Positions 45,121-56,135 of a stretch of DNA of 64,000 bases are shown in pieces. How positions within the stretch are numbered: the first letter of the stretch is position 1; the number at the start of each line of letters is the position of its first letter. The stretch lies in the NCBI GenBank assembly GCA_951406725.2, contig OX597814.1, positions 63,798,001-63,862,000 of the forward strand. The letters are read 5' to 3'. A program made the translations under genes and the position numbers. The stretch is from Octopus vulgaris (lineage: Eukaryota). The notes beneath the pieces were generated by a model. The model was not told the origin of the DNA. It made no database searches and was given only the letters and a program-made list of their open reading frames with translations.

Positions 45121-46641
45121 TTAATTTCTCTGTGTCAGTATGTTCGGATGGTTGAGTCTGGGTTTGTACTTTTCAATGAAGAATGTTTCCTTGTTCAGTC
45201 TCATTTGTGTTGATGATCCGAAAGCACATTGGTAGAATGGGAAGATTAAAAATTGTGGCAGTAGTTGCTTTGCGCATTTCTCAATGTGCTCACTAAAAGG
45301 TATCATTCTATATTCTGGGAATGCAATCTGTTGTCGATGCAGTGTGCATCTGCGCCTGAGTGATAGTCCCGTGGAACCCACGTAGTCTTGGTGGCAGCCC
45401 GAGCATTTAATAACATAAATTATGTTTTCAGAGGCACAAGTAAAGTTAGATTTGATCTTAAATTTCTGTCCCTCTTTAAAGAAGAATTCTGATCCTTCCA
45501 ATAGGTTAGGACATGTTGCACAGTTCGATCTACCACATTTTTTTACTTTTGCATCCGTAATTTTAGAAGACAATTTTGCCTTTGTGAGAATCTTTTTAAG
45601 TGATTTAGGCTGTTTGTAGCTTTTAATGATTTGGTGTATGTTTAGAATTTCCTTTAATTTTGGGTTTTTATGAAGTATTGGTAAATTCTGGGTGATGATG
45701 GTGAAGGCTTCTTTGTTTCTGGGGTTGTATGTAGATATGTAAGGTAGTATTTTCGGGGAAGGTGTGTTGTTGTGTTGAACTTTTCTTAACGTTTCTATGT
45801 TGATTTCTGTTGCACGTCTGATCCCATCCTCTATGAGTTGAGCTGGGTAATGTCTGTCAATTAGGGTGTTTTTGAGTTCTTGCAGTCTAAAGTTCCTGGT
45901 ATTTTGTTCTGACACTATTGTGCATATCCTTCTTGCAAGGTTGAAGGGGATGTTTGTTTTAGTGTGTCTTGGGTGGCATGAATTAAAAAGAAGGTATTGT
46001 TTGGCGTCTGTGGCTTTGTAAAAAATGTCTGTTTCTATTTTAAGGTTAATTTTTTTAATTAGTATATCCAAGAACGGGAGCTCCTTTTGGTTGTATTCCA
46101 TTGTGAACTGTATATTTGGGTTTATGCTGTTCAATAGGTTTTTAAATTTTAGGAGTTTATCTATGTTTTCATTCCAGAGAATGAAACAATCGTCTAGGAA
46201 TCGTTTCCAATTCTCTTTTATGTATTGAGAGAGGGAGTTTCCAAAGATTGATAGAGATTCCTGGTAAATGATTATTTCCATGTATCCCATTGTTAAGTTC
46301 GCAATGACTGGTGCTGCCCTTGTACCCATAGCAATTCCGGATTTTTGACGGTAAAATGTATTGTCAAACATGAAGTGGTTATTGTGTAGGATGAATTCAA
46401 TTGATTTAGTAATGAATTCCTTACTGATCCTTTTTGGTATTTCTTCCGGAAATTGGTCTAACCAGAATTGTATTGCCTCCAGTCCATAATTATGAGGTAT
46501 ACTGGTATACAAGTTGACTACATCAAATGAAACCAGGATTGTTTCTTCCTTGGTTTTTTTTGGAAGGTGGTTTAACATATCTAAGTCATCTCTGATATGG
46601 CTATCGATATGTTTAAGGAAGGGTTTCAAGAGGATGTCCAT
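45121..46641 (-). CDS. PLE RT/GIY-YIG ORF, truncated inverted copy (506 aa)
   Basis: Protein is identical to the C-terminal 506 aa of ORF 46773..48623. Confidence 0.9.
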   Translation of the reverse strand: MDILLKPFLKHIDSHIRDDLDMLNHLPKKTKEETILVSFDVVNLYTSIPHNYGLEAIQFWLDQFPEEIPKRISKEFITKSIEFILHNNHFMFDNTFYRQKSGIAMGTRAAPVIANLTMGYMEIIIYQESLSIFGNSLSQYIKENWKRFLDDCFILWNENIDKLLKFKNLLNSINPNIQFTMEYNQKELPFLDILIKKINLKIETDIFYKATDAKQYLLFNSCHPRHTKTNIPFNLARRICTIVSEQNTRNFRLQELKNTLIDRHYPAQLIEDGIRRATEINIETLRKVQHNNTPSPKILPYISTYNPRNKEAFTIITQNLPILHKNPKLKEILNIHQIIKSYKQPKSLKKILTKAKLSSKITDAKVKKCGRSNCATCPNLLEGSEFFFKEGQKFKIKSNFTCASENIIYVIKCSGCHQDYVGSTGLSLRRRCTLHRQQIAFPEYRMIPFSEHIEKCAKQLLPQFLIFPFYQCAFGSSTQMRLNKETFFIEKYKPRLNHPNILTQRN

Positions 46642-46772
46642 AAGTAGACTTAGTCTGTGTGTTTCACAGGTTGGGCCAGCTACAATGGGTCGTAGTTTTA
46701 GGTCCCCCGGATTAGGTGTGTGTATGTATGTCTTTGGTGATTTTTTAATGGTTTCATTGTCAGTTCCTTTTC

Positions 46773-48623
46773 ATGGGTTATCTTGTAATTTCCTTGCTTG
46801 ATGAAGACCTACATTATGAAAAAATTACCAACTACACCCCACAAAAAATAATGAAAACTCTATCTTCACTAATTAAAACCCATGAAAAGGAACTGACAAC
46901 CAAAGAGATTGATTTCCTAACAAACTTTAAATGCAAACCTAGCCTTTTCTATGGTCTGCCAAAAATTCATAAAAGTCAAATTATAAATGAAACCATTAAA
47001 AAATCACCAAAGACATACATACACACACCTAATCCGGGGGACCTAAAACTACGACCCATTGTAGCTGGCCCAACCTGTGAAACACACAGACTAAGTCTAC
47101 TTATGGACATCCTCTTGAAACCCTTCCTTAAACATATCGATAGCCATATCAGAGATGACTTAGATATGTTAAACCACCTTCCAAAAAAAACCAAGGAAGA
47201 AACAATCCTGGTTTCATTTGATGTAGTCAACTTGTATACCAGTATACCTCATAATTATGGACTGGAGGCAATACAATTCTGGTTAGACCAATTTCCGGAA
47301 GAAATACCAAAAAGGATCAGTAAGGAATTCATTACTAAATCAATTGAATTCATCCTACACAATAACCACTTCATGTTTGACAATACATTTTACCGTCAAA
47401 AATCCGGAATTGCTATGGGTACAAGGGCAGCACCAGTCATTGCGAACTTAACAATGGGATACATGGAAATAATCATTTACCAGGAATCTCTATCAATCTT
47501 TGGAAACTCCCTCTCTCAATACATAAAAGAGAATTGGAAACGATTCCTAGACGATTGTTTCATTCTCTGGAATGAAAACATAGATAAACTCCTAAAATTT
47601 AAAAACCTATTGAACAGCATAAACCCAAATATACAGTTCACAATGGAATACAACCAAAAGGAGCTCCCGTTCTTGGATATACTAATTAAAAAAATTAACC
47701 TTAAAATAGAAACAGACATTTTTTACAAAGCCACAGACGCCAAACAATACCTTCTTTTTAATTCATGCCACCCAAGACACACTAAAACAAACATCCCCTT
47801 CAACCTTGCAAGAAGGATATGCACAATAGTGTCAGAACAAAATACCAGGAACTTTAGACTGCAAGAACTCAAAAACACCCTAATTGACAGACATTACCCA
47901 GCTCAACTCATAGAGGATGGGATCAGACGTGCAACAGAAATCAACATAGAAACTTTAAGAAAAGTTCAACACAACAACACACCTTCCCCGAAAATACTAC
48001 CTTACATATCTACATACAACCCCAGAAACAAAGAAGCCTTCACCATCATCACCCAGAATTTACCAATACTTCATAAAAACCCAAAATTAAAGGAAATTCT
48101 AAACATACACCAAATCATTAAAAGCTACAAACAGCCTAAATCACTTAAAAAGATTCTCACAAAGGCAAAATTGTCTTCTAAAATTACGGATGCAAAAGTA
48201 AAAAAATGTGGTAGATCGAACTGTGCAACATGTCCTAACCTATTGGAAGGATCAGAATTCTTCTTTAAAGAGGGACAGAAATTTAAGATCAAATCTAACT
48301 TTACTTGTGCCTCTGAAAACATAATTTATGTTATTAAATGCTCGGGCTGCCACCAAGACTACGTGGGTTCCACGGGACTATCACTCAGGCGCAGATGCAC
48401 ACTGCATCGACAACAGATTGCATTCCCAGAATATAGAATGATACCTTTTAGTGAGCACATTGAGAAATGCGCAAAGCAACTACTGCCACAATTTTTAATC
48501 TTCCCATTCTACCAATGTGCTTTCGGATCATCAACACAAATGAGACTGAACAAGGAAACATTCTTCATTGAAAAGTACAAACCCAGACTCAACCATCCGA
48601 ACATACTGACACAGAGAAATTAA
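46773..48623 (+). CDS. Penelope-like element polyprotein (RT, Cys-rich linker, GIY-YIG endonuclease), Neptune-type, 5'-truncated
   Basis: Uninterrupted 616 aa with 'LRPIVAG', 'LVSFDVVNLYTSIP', 'QKSGIAMGTRAAP..ANL', 'WKRFLDDCF', 'LPFLDI', the linker 'CGRSNCATC' and 'NIIYVIKC..C...YVGST..L..R...H'. The start ATG comes from the junction inversion. Confidence 0.95.
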   Translation: MGYLVISLLDEDLHYEKITNYTPQKIMKTLSSLIKTHEKELTTKEIDFLTNFKCKPSLFYGLPKIHKSQIINETIKKSPKTYIHTPNPGDLKLRPIVAGPTCETHRLSLLMDILLKPFLKHIDSHIRDDLDMLNHLPKKTKEETILVSFDVVNLYTSIPHNYGLEAIQFWLDQFPEEIPKRISKEFITKSIEFILHNNHFMFDNTFYRQKSGIAMGTRAAPVIANLTMGYMEIIIYQESLSIFGNSLSQYIKENWKRFLDDCFILWNENIDKLLKFKNLLNSINPNIQFTMEYNQKELPFLDILIKKINLKIETDIFYKATDAKQYLLFNSCHPRHTKTNIPFNLARRICTIVSEQNTRNFRLQELKNTLIDRHYPAQLIEDGIRRATEINIETLRKVQHNNTPSPKILPYISTYNPRNKEAFTIITQNLPILHKNPKLKEILNIHQIIKSYKQPKSLKKILTKAKLSSKITDAKVKKCGRSNCATCPNLLEGSEFFFKEGQKFKIKSNFTCASENIIYVIKCSGCHQDYVGSTGLSLRRRCTLHRQQIAFPEYRMIPFSEHIEKCAKQLLPQFLIFPFYQCAFGSSTQMRLNKETFFIEKYKPRLNHPNILTQRN

Positions 48624-48977
48624 CAAGGAAATGGGAAAAAAAATTTTTAAGCGATTATCTCCCCTACACCGGAAAAAATCACTCACTACCTCCCCTTATT
48701 TAGAAATCTCCTGGAAATAAAAACAACGATAATTCCATGCAATATAAACATAACGTCACAAGAAATTTGAAAAGCTACACGCGAAACCGGTAATTTCTTT
48801 AAAAATTTTTAAATTATGTCATTTTAAGGAAAGGAAAAAAAATTTTTCCAATATTCTCCAGACATTTTGACACAAATATATATATTTTTTAACATTTAAG
48901 CCTTCTGTCGTTTTTTCACACTTTACTATTTTCTTATATATTCACCCACGTGCTTTACCAAACAAACTTTCTTATCT
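46780..48977 (+). mobile_element. Penelope-like retroelement (right arm), ending in (TA)n
   Basis: ORF plus ~350-bp 3' UTR carrying a hammerhead. (TA)n follows at ~48978-49000. Confidence 0.95.
48760..48799 (+). ncRNA. Minimal type I hammerhead ribozyme (U3-A8 variant) in PLE 3' UTR
   Basis: aagaaat-TTGAAAA-GC-tacac-GC-GAAAC-CG-GTA-atttctt: 7-bp stem I, palindromic stem III ACCGGT, GUA cleavage triplet. Confidence 0.8.
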
Positions 48978-49000
48978 ATATATATATATATATATATATA

Positions 49001-49413
49001 AATTAATCAATATAGGGTGGCATTGATTAATTATGAATTTTCTGGTTAATTCCGTAATGGAATCGGCGGCTTATATTTGCTGCCGATAAATTTGGCGCGA
49101 GTGCGATGATTTGAAAATTTTAGGTCAGATATTGCCGAGGCAGGGACAGAGGTGCCTCGTGATAATATCTGCTCGGATCTGGCTGCTTCTTACTGACGAA
49201 TCTATCGGCCTATGGAAGATTGGCTTGATTTAATTTAATCAGGTTAGTTTACCATTAAACAATAGATGAAACGGTGCATCGTATAAGAAATTACAGGGTA
49301 AATGTTTTTTTAATTTTCTCCTGGTTTGCGGAATTAATGTTATTTTGCGGTTGAAGCTTTGGCTGTTATTTCTAGTGGGTGAATGGCCTATTATGACCAT
49401 TCCTTGATTGTGA

Positions 49414-49415
<2 letters not shown>
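49001..49415 (+). mobile_element. Non-coding structured HHR element (family B) between (TA)n tracts
   Basis: Homologous to 9378-9745 (-). Contains several hairpins and a canonical hammerhead. Confidence 0.8.
49187..49289 (+). ncRNA. Type I hammerhead ribozyme with extended stem II
   Basis: ttctta-CTGACGA-ATCTAT...ATAGAT-GAAAC-GGTGCATC-GTA-taagaa. Confidence 0.85.
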
Positions 49416-49481
<66 letters not shown>

Positions 49482-49744
49482 AACAGCAAGTTGCAATGTT
49501 TCACCAAAAAGGAGAATTACAATTGTCACTCAATGTGAACATGGTGTTGGAAAATACCTATATTGTTAAAAATAAGAGTTGAAATGCAGTAATGCTGTTG
49601 TTAACGTACATGAATGAAAGCATATACACTAACAGGGATCTGAATCGTCCGCAAAATACCGATCCAGAAATCTTATATACCAATACAAACGCAAGTGTGA
49701 AAAGAGCCGAGATCGTGCTGGTTTAACTGTTGAGGCAACAGAAA

Positions 49745-49878
49745 ATGCTTACCAACCACATGGTTCCGGATTCAGTCCCACTGCGTGGCACCTTGGACAA
49801 GTGTCTTCTACTATAGCCTCGGGCCGACGAAAGCATTGAGTGGATTTGGTAGTTGGAAACTGAAAGAAGCCCGTCGTA

Positions 49879-49959
<81 letters not shown>

Positions 49960-50170
49960 TTGTTTGTCTGTGTTTGTCCCCCCAACAGTGCTTGCCAACC
50001 GATGCTGGTGTGTTTACGTCCCCATAACTTTGTGGTTCGACAAAAAAGACCGATAGAATAAGTACTAGGCTTACAAAGAATAAGTCCTGGGGTCGATTTG
50101 CTCGACTAAAGGCGGTGCTCTAGCATGTCCGCAGTCAAATGACTGAAACAAGTAAAAGAGTAAAAGAGTA
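49745..50170 (+). mobile_element. tRNA-derived SINE, family D (internal microsatellite, (AAAAGAGT)n tail), 5'-truncated
   Basis: Homologous to 51085-51515 (-), 60230-60615 (+), 60050-60220 (-) and 60620-60790 (-). Confidence 0.85.
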
Positions 50171-50177
50171 TATATAC

Positions 50178-50500
50178 TGGGTCATCCGATAAATAATTCG
50201 GTTTTTAGACTTTTATTTTTCAAAGTTAAGATCAACAAACTTGCTTTGTAACCTAAGATATACTCTCTTTCATTTTCTACAACACTCTTTTATTTATCTG
50301 GTAGAGATGCAATGCCCCTCTTCCAAAATGTTCCTCCAATACTGTGCTGATCTCGGCTACAGAATTCATATTTTTCCATCAAAAGACTACGGAATAAATG
50401 ATAATCAGATGGGGTAATGTCCGGTGAATATGGGAGGGGCATCCTTTGCCATTTAAACTGCTCCAGCCTTTGGAGTGTCATCCTCGCTGTATATGGCCGA
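50178..50500 (-). mobile_element. Mariner 3' fragment with one terminus
   Basis: ORF 50290..50481 has 'PYSPDITPSDYHLFRSL...WKRGIASLPDK'. A TA-flanked terminus lies at ~50178. Confidence 0.8.
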
Positions 50501-50502
50501 GC

Positions 50503-51306
50503 ACTATATATTACTCATAAAATATAGTGTACATTTAAACACATAAGGAATCCACTCGTGGAATTCAACACGCTAGAAAGAACAGCTAGGTTCTATAACC
50601 ACAAAATTAGGGATAAAATCCCGACATGAACGAAATGAAAAAAATAAAAACTTTTAACATCTAGTTTCTTGGACCAATTGGTTTCTGATTTTAGTTTAGC
50701 AAATAAATAATATTCGCTAGGTGCTTAACTGTACACTGTATTTTATGAGTAATACATTGTTTTTGGACTAAAGTTTTACACGCTAGGCCACTGGAAGTGA
50801 AAATTTCTATTAATTTCCATTTCCCTTCGATATGATTAAGTATTGGAAGTTTTTGGGTCATTTTTCGGATTTTAAAAGTTGGCATTCTTTTTATTGCCGA
50901 CGAGAGGCTGCATCTGCGCAGTAGATTTTGAAAAAAATTGGATCTATAAACAAGAGGCACATAGTTGATTGCCTCGTGTTTAATATATTTAATCTAAGGT
51001 GTACCTGTTGACGCAGATTTCACCTAGCGAATATTATTTATTTGCTAAACTAAATCAGAAACCAATTGGTCCAAGAAACTAGATACTCTTTTACTCTTTT
51101 ACTCTTTTACTTGTTTCAGTCATTTGACTGCGGCGATGCCGCAGTACCGCCTTTAATCGAGCAACTCGACCCCGGGACTTATTCTTTGTAAGCCCAGTAC
51201 TTATTCTATCGGTCTCTTTTACCGAACCGCTAAGTTACAGGGACGCAAACACACCAGCATCGATTGTCAAGCAATGCTAGGGGGACAAACACAGACACAC
51301 AAACAT

Positions 51307-51349
<43 letters not shown>

Positions 51350-51738
51350 TACGACGGGCTTCTTTCAGTTTCCATCTACCAAATCCACTCACAAGGCATT
51401 GGTCGGCCCGAGGCTATAGTAGAAGACACTTGCCCAAGGTGCCACGCAGTGGGACTGAACCCGGAACCATGTGGTTGGTAAGCAAGCTACTTACCACACA
51501 GCCACTCCTGCGCCTATGGTAAAAGTTTTTATTTTTTCATTTCGTTCCTGTCGGAATTTTATCCCTAATTTTGTGGTTATACAACCTAGCTGCTCTTTCT
51601 AGCGTGTTGAATCCCACGAGTGGATTCCTTATTTACACTGTATTTTATGAGTAATAAATAGTCTTTGGACTAAATTTTTACATCCTAGGCCACTGGAAGT
51701 GACAATTTTTATTAACTTCCATTTCCGTTCGATATGAT

Positions 51739-51741
<3 letters not shown>
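50503..51741 (+). mobile_element. Family B-related HHR element: 5' inverted arm, ~469-bp monomer and ~108-bp terminal redundancy, interrupted by a SINE
   Basis: 50509-50723 is the inverse of 51021-51656 (excluding the SINE). 50732-50839 repeats at 51634-51741. A degenerate HHR lies at 51002-51078. Confidence 0.8.
51085..51515 (-). mobile_element. Full-length tRNA-derived SINE, family D
   Basis: Head 'aggcgcaggagtggctgtgtggtaag...gggttcagtccc' and an (AAAAGAGT)n tail, flanked by an AT duplication. Confidence 0.9.
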
Positions 51742-51791
<50 letters not shown>

Positions 51792-51980
51792 GTTATCGCC
51801 ATACTATGTAAATAAGGAATCCACTCGTGGGATTCAACACGCTAGAAAGAGCAGCTAGGTTGTATAACCACAAAATTAGGGATAAAATTCCGACAGGAAC
51901 GAAATGAAAAAATAAAACTATTATTTTCCAGGAACGCTGCCGTGATCTCTTTTAGAGAGACTTAGTAATTTTAATATTTC

Positions 51981-52082
<102 letters not shown>

Positions 52083-52254
52083 ATGTATATATATATGCAT
52101 GTATATATATATATATATGAATGAATGTATACACGGATGTAGGTATGTATGCATATCAAGAAGCATATACGTAATTTGGATATTTATTACTTAGCCGATG
52201 TACGATTCGCTCCCACTTTCAAATATGGTAATAAATCATATATATATGGTAACA

Positions 52255-52301
<47 letters not shown>

Positions 52302-52315
52302 AAATGATATATATG

Positions 52316-52367
<52 letters not shown>

Positions 52368-52441
52368 TATATATATATGCATATATATATATATCTATAT
52401 AGGTATATATGTTTGTGCGTGTATGTGTGCATGTGTGTGTG

Positions 52442-52495
<54 letters not shown>

Positions 52496-52740
52496 TTGTA
52501 TATGTAATGTATGCATGTGAGGGTGTGTCCGTGTGTGCAGCGTATGTCTACACACATATATATCCACATACAAGTATACATCTTCATATTGGTATGCATA
52601 GACGAAAATAATGTGTAATTCAATGATGTATTCCAGTGCTTTCTTGCGTAATAGCTGAAGGAAAAGAAATGAATAAAATATATATGGATAAATATAGATA
52701 TATATACACATACACACATACACACATCTATAGACATACA

Positions 52741-52798
<58 letters not shown>

Positions 52799-53199
52799 TG
52801 TATATATATATCTGTGACAGGCGATGCGTCATATATTCCCAGGAACTAAGTTTGAAGTTTATTTCGAGCTTAATTTCTCTTGTGTTTATCATTATATTTC
52901 TGTTTCCTGATATTAAATATATTAATATATTTACTTACTTTCATTCTCCGATTATTTCCTTTTGCAGCTCGTATCTTTCCTTTTTATCTCTTTCTCAACC
53001 TCTTCTCTTACCTCTCTCTACCATTCTCTGTCTCTCTCACATATTTATGTATGTGTGAGTCTACATGTAAATACAGGTCTGTGTTTGTGTGTGTGTTTCT
53101 GTGTGCGTGCGTGTGTGTGTGAGTGTACGAAAACGCATGCATATTATTGAAACATAGATAAATAAAAAGAGGTATATGTTTGATATTTCTTTACTGCCT

Positions 53200-53400
53200 A
53201 CAAGGAGCTACACCCAGAGGGGACAAACAAGTAAAGACAAACGGATTAAGTCGATTATATCGACGCCAGTGCGTAAATGGTACTTATTTAATCGACCCAG
53301 AAAGGATGAAACGGAATTTGAACTCAGAACGTAGCGGCAGACGAAATACTGCTAAGCATTTCGCCCGGCGTGCTGACGTTTCTGCCGGCTTGCTGCCTTA
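53200..53400 (-). mobile_element. tRNA-derived SINE, family A
   Basis: Reverse-complement similarity to 16922-17110. Confidence 0.75.
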
Positions 53401-53413
53401 AAGAAGTGTATGT

Positions 53414-53448
<35 letters not shown>

Positions 53449-55924
53449 TGTGTCTGTGTGTCTGTGTCTGTGTGTCTGTGTTTATGTGTGTGTGTATCTA
53501 TGTTTATATACTTTTCTTCATTTACTACTTTGAGGAAATCTTTCACATTCTTCACCTTCTCAATACTATCATCGTTATTTTAAATATTCTCAGTAAGGCT
53601 TATACATATTTACATATTCAGGTAGAAATTTCTAAGATTTTCTTTTTCTTCATTTACAGCCACGTTTTGCAATTTTAATATAAATGACTAACATTTACAT
53701 TGTTCTTCTACATGACTAGAATCATATATTTGCAAAGGCCAGGGTGACTTTCTCATATGCAAACAAAAAATATATATACATATATATATATTTGAAAAAC
53801 CATTTTAAGAACTGTTGTCTCATCAATTCTTTATCGACTTTTAGAAATAACGTTAAAATTTCGAGCAAACATAAAATAATGTAATTTCCAGTTTCACAAA
53901 ATTCTTTTGGCTGTGTTATATAGACTGTGTTTATTTGAAAAAAAATTAAATATCATCCATTTAAGTGCTTCGGAATCAAGTGGCAGGGACATCAGTCAGG
54001 TAGCCAGGACATATATGTAAATGAAATGTACACCACCACCAATACATTGTCTCGTATCTTAGCATTTTGACAAAAGCATTTAGATAAGTATCAGTTTGTG
54101 AAAATAAGTTTTGACAGAGATACGATAGACTAAACTCTTGCAACCTCTAGGTCAATATAGCTGCTCTAATGACTGTACCCAGTAAAAGAAGAATAGAATT
54201 AATTTATAAAGACTGAATTTATATAGAAGAATATTTATATCAATTCAGTTGTACCTCTTAACTGGAATTATAATCCTGAATAATGCAAGGTATCATTTTC
54301 CCATAGTTTGGGTATGAAGCACCAAATCAAATTATTACAATAACTCTGCTAGGTTTTTAGCAAGCTAATATTTTGTCAATGATGCAATTACATGAAAAAA
54401 TTACGGCTCATATTTGGTCTGTGCTAGACGAAAACATTCACTCAAAATGTTTCCGGACTACCTTAGACAAACAGTTAAGTATCTTGAACCCCGAGTCATT
54501 CATGAGAAACTGAATGAAAAGCAAAGATCTTTTCGTAGTGACAAAAAAAAAAACCTTCAATTCGCTTATATCCGACTCTCATTGTAATCTAGACGAACAC
54601 GTAGAAAACTTTTGCATTGTGCGTTTGCGATTGTGAATGGTCTTTAATATCTCATTTATACTACAAAGACCTTCGCAAGTCAATGATTGCATTGTATCTT
54701 CTTCAAAGAAAACCTGTTTAGAAAAGGGTAGTCTTTCTACAGTTGTTTTCGTAAATGGTCGGAAATTAGCAAATCGCAATATTCACTGAATTGTCAATAG
54801 CTACCGCATGTATACGGTGTGAGTTTAGAATTATAAAAAAACGTAGAAAAGTGTACACTGTATTCAGTTTTTTCCCACATTCAAAAAGTTTCTTTTATAA
54901 TGCGCTACTTAAACCCTAAATAATATTAACATTGTCTTGAACTTCTGTTGTCCGATCAGGATTAAAGTCATAAAATAGGAAAGTTTCTGATATAAAGAAT
55001 TTCAAATTGAGTGGACGTCGAGACAAATTTATCAAACCGAAAAATATCGATCAGACCGCGACACATGGTCACCCTTGTCATTTCAATGAAATGTTTCACG
55101 ATAGACAATATGCTTGGTGTTTCTCTCTTCACATTTTATTTTGTTTTAAAATTTCGAAATAGTTATATTATGACACGCTCGATATGTTGAAGTAATTCAT
55201 TTAGAGAAACAAAATAAAAAGGGAAAACTTTATTCAATTCGTTCTTTGAATTCGCATCGACAACGTTTAGAACTAATAAGATTTGTGTTTTATACTTTTT
55301 TAGTTTATTCTTCCTCTGACATTACCGAAAACAATTCACTTTCAAATACAACAGTAGAAGAGTATGATGAAATGAAAATGATAACGTCGGGGTGACTGGA
55401 AGGAGAAAGAGAAAGATTAAAAGTAGTGACAGATTTACCAAAAGCTTCTGTAACACAATTCAATTGTAATTCTATTTTTTTATACTTGTTGAAACAACCA
55501 ATTTTTGACGGTGCTATATCAGTATGTAAAACAGTTACTTTTGCAGTTTGTAAGGTAAATATATAATTTACAACTTGATATACAAGAATAGTGAAATTCT
55601 AACAAGTCTTGAAATCATTGCTAATTGTGAGTAAAATAATTCATTAAATTGTGTACGGGGAAGTTTTAGCTATGACATTTCACTGAAATATTAACATTTC
55701 AGTTGACCAATTCATTTACCATTCGTTGTCTGCCACAACTATTACACATATACACGCGCATTTTCGCATACTTGAGAGATTTTATGTAATTTGGAAAACG
55801 AAGTTTCTTTCAAATCATCCAGAGAAGCAAGTCATAATAATGAATCTAGAATCTGGACTTGCAACGTTGTTTATGAAAAACATTATACATAAATGTAAAT
55901 ACTATGCAATATATACAGTGAGTT

Positions 55925-56135
55925 AGGGCAGCGATCTGGCAGAATCATTAACACATCAGGCAAAATGCTCAACAGCATTTCATCCGCTTTTACGTTTTGA
56001 GTTCAAATTGCGCCGAGGCCGACTTTGCTTTTCATCCTTTAGGGGACGACAAAACAAGTACCAGTTGAGCACTGAGGTTGATATAAGCGATTTCTTCTAA
56101 ACTCGCTGGCCTTTTGCCAAAATTCGAATCCAATT
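55925..56135 (+). mobile_element. tRNA-derived SINE, family A
   Basis: Similar to 16922-17110 and 4965-5165. Confidence 0.8.

Larger units (their letters stand above)
44804..46758 (-). mobile_element. Inverted, 5'-truncated Penelope-like element copy (left palindrome arm)
   Basis: Reverse complement of 46986-48941. Its 3' end runs into (TA)n at 44791-44810. Confidence 0.97.

Noticed and set aside
45422-48322. Small antisense ORFs duplicated within the palindrome
   Set aside because: Shadow ORFs of the PLE coding sequence.
50890-50910. CCGACGA as the core of the 51 kb hammerhead
   Set aside because: Alignment with the 49 kb copy places the core at ~51008 (TTGACGC). No stem II forms with this alternative.
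51400-51515. tRNA-like sequence
   Set aside because: It is the head of a multi-copy SINE, not a complete cloverleaf tRNA gene.
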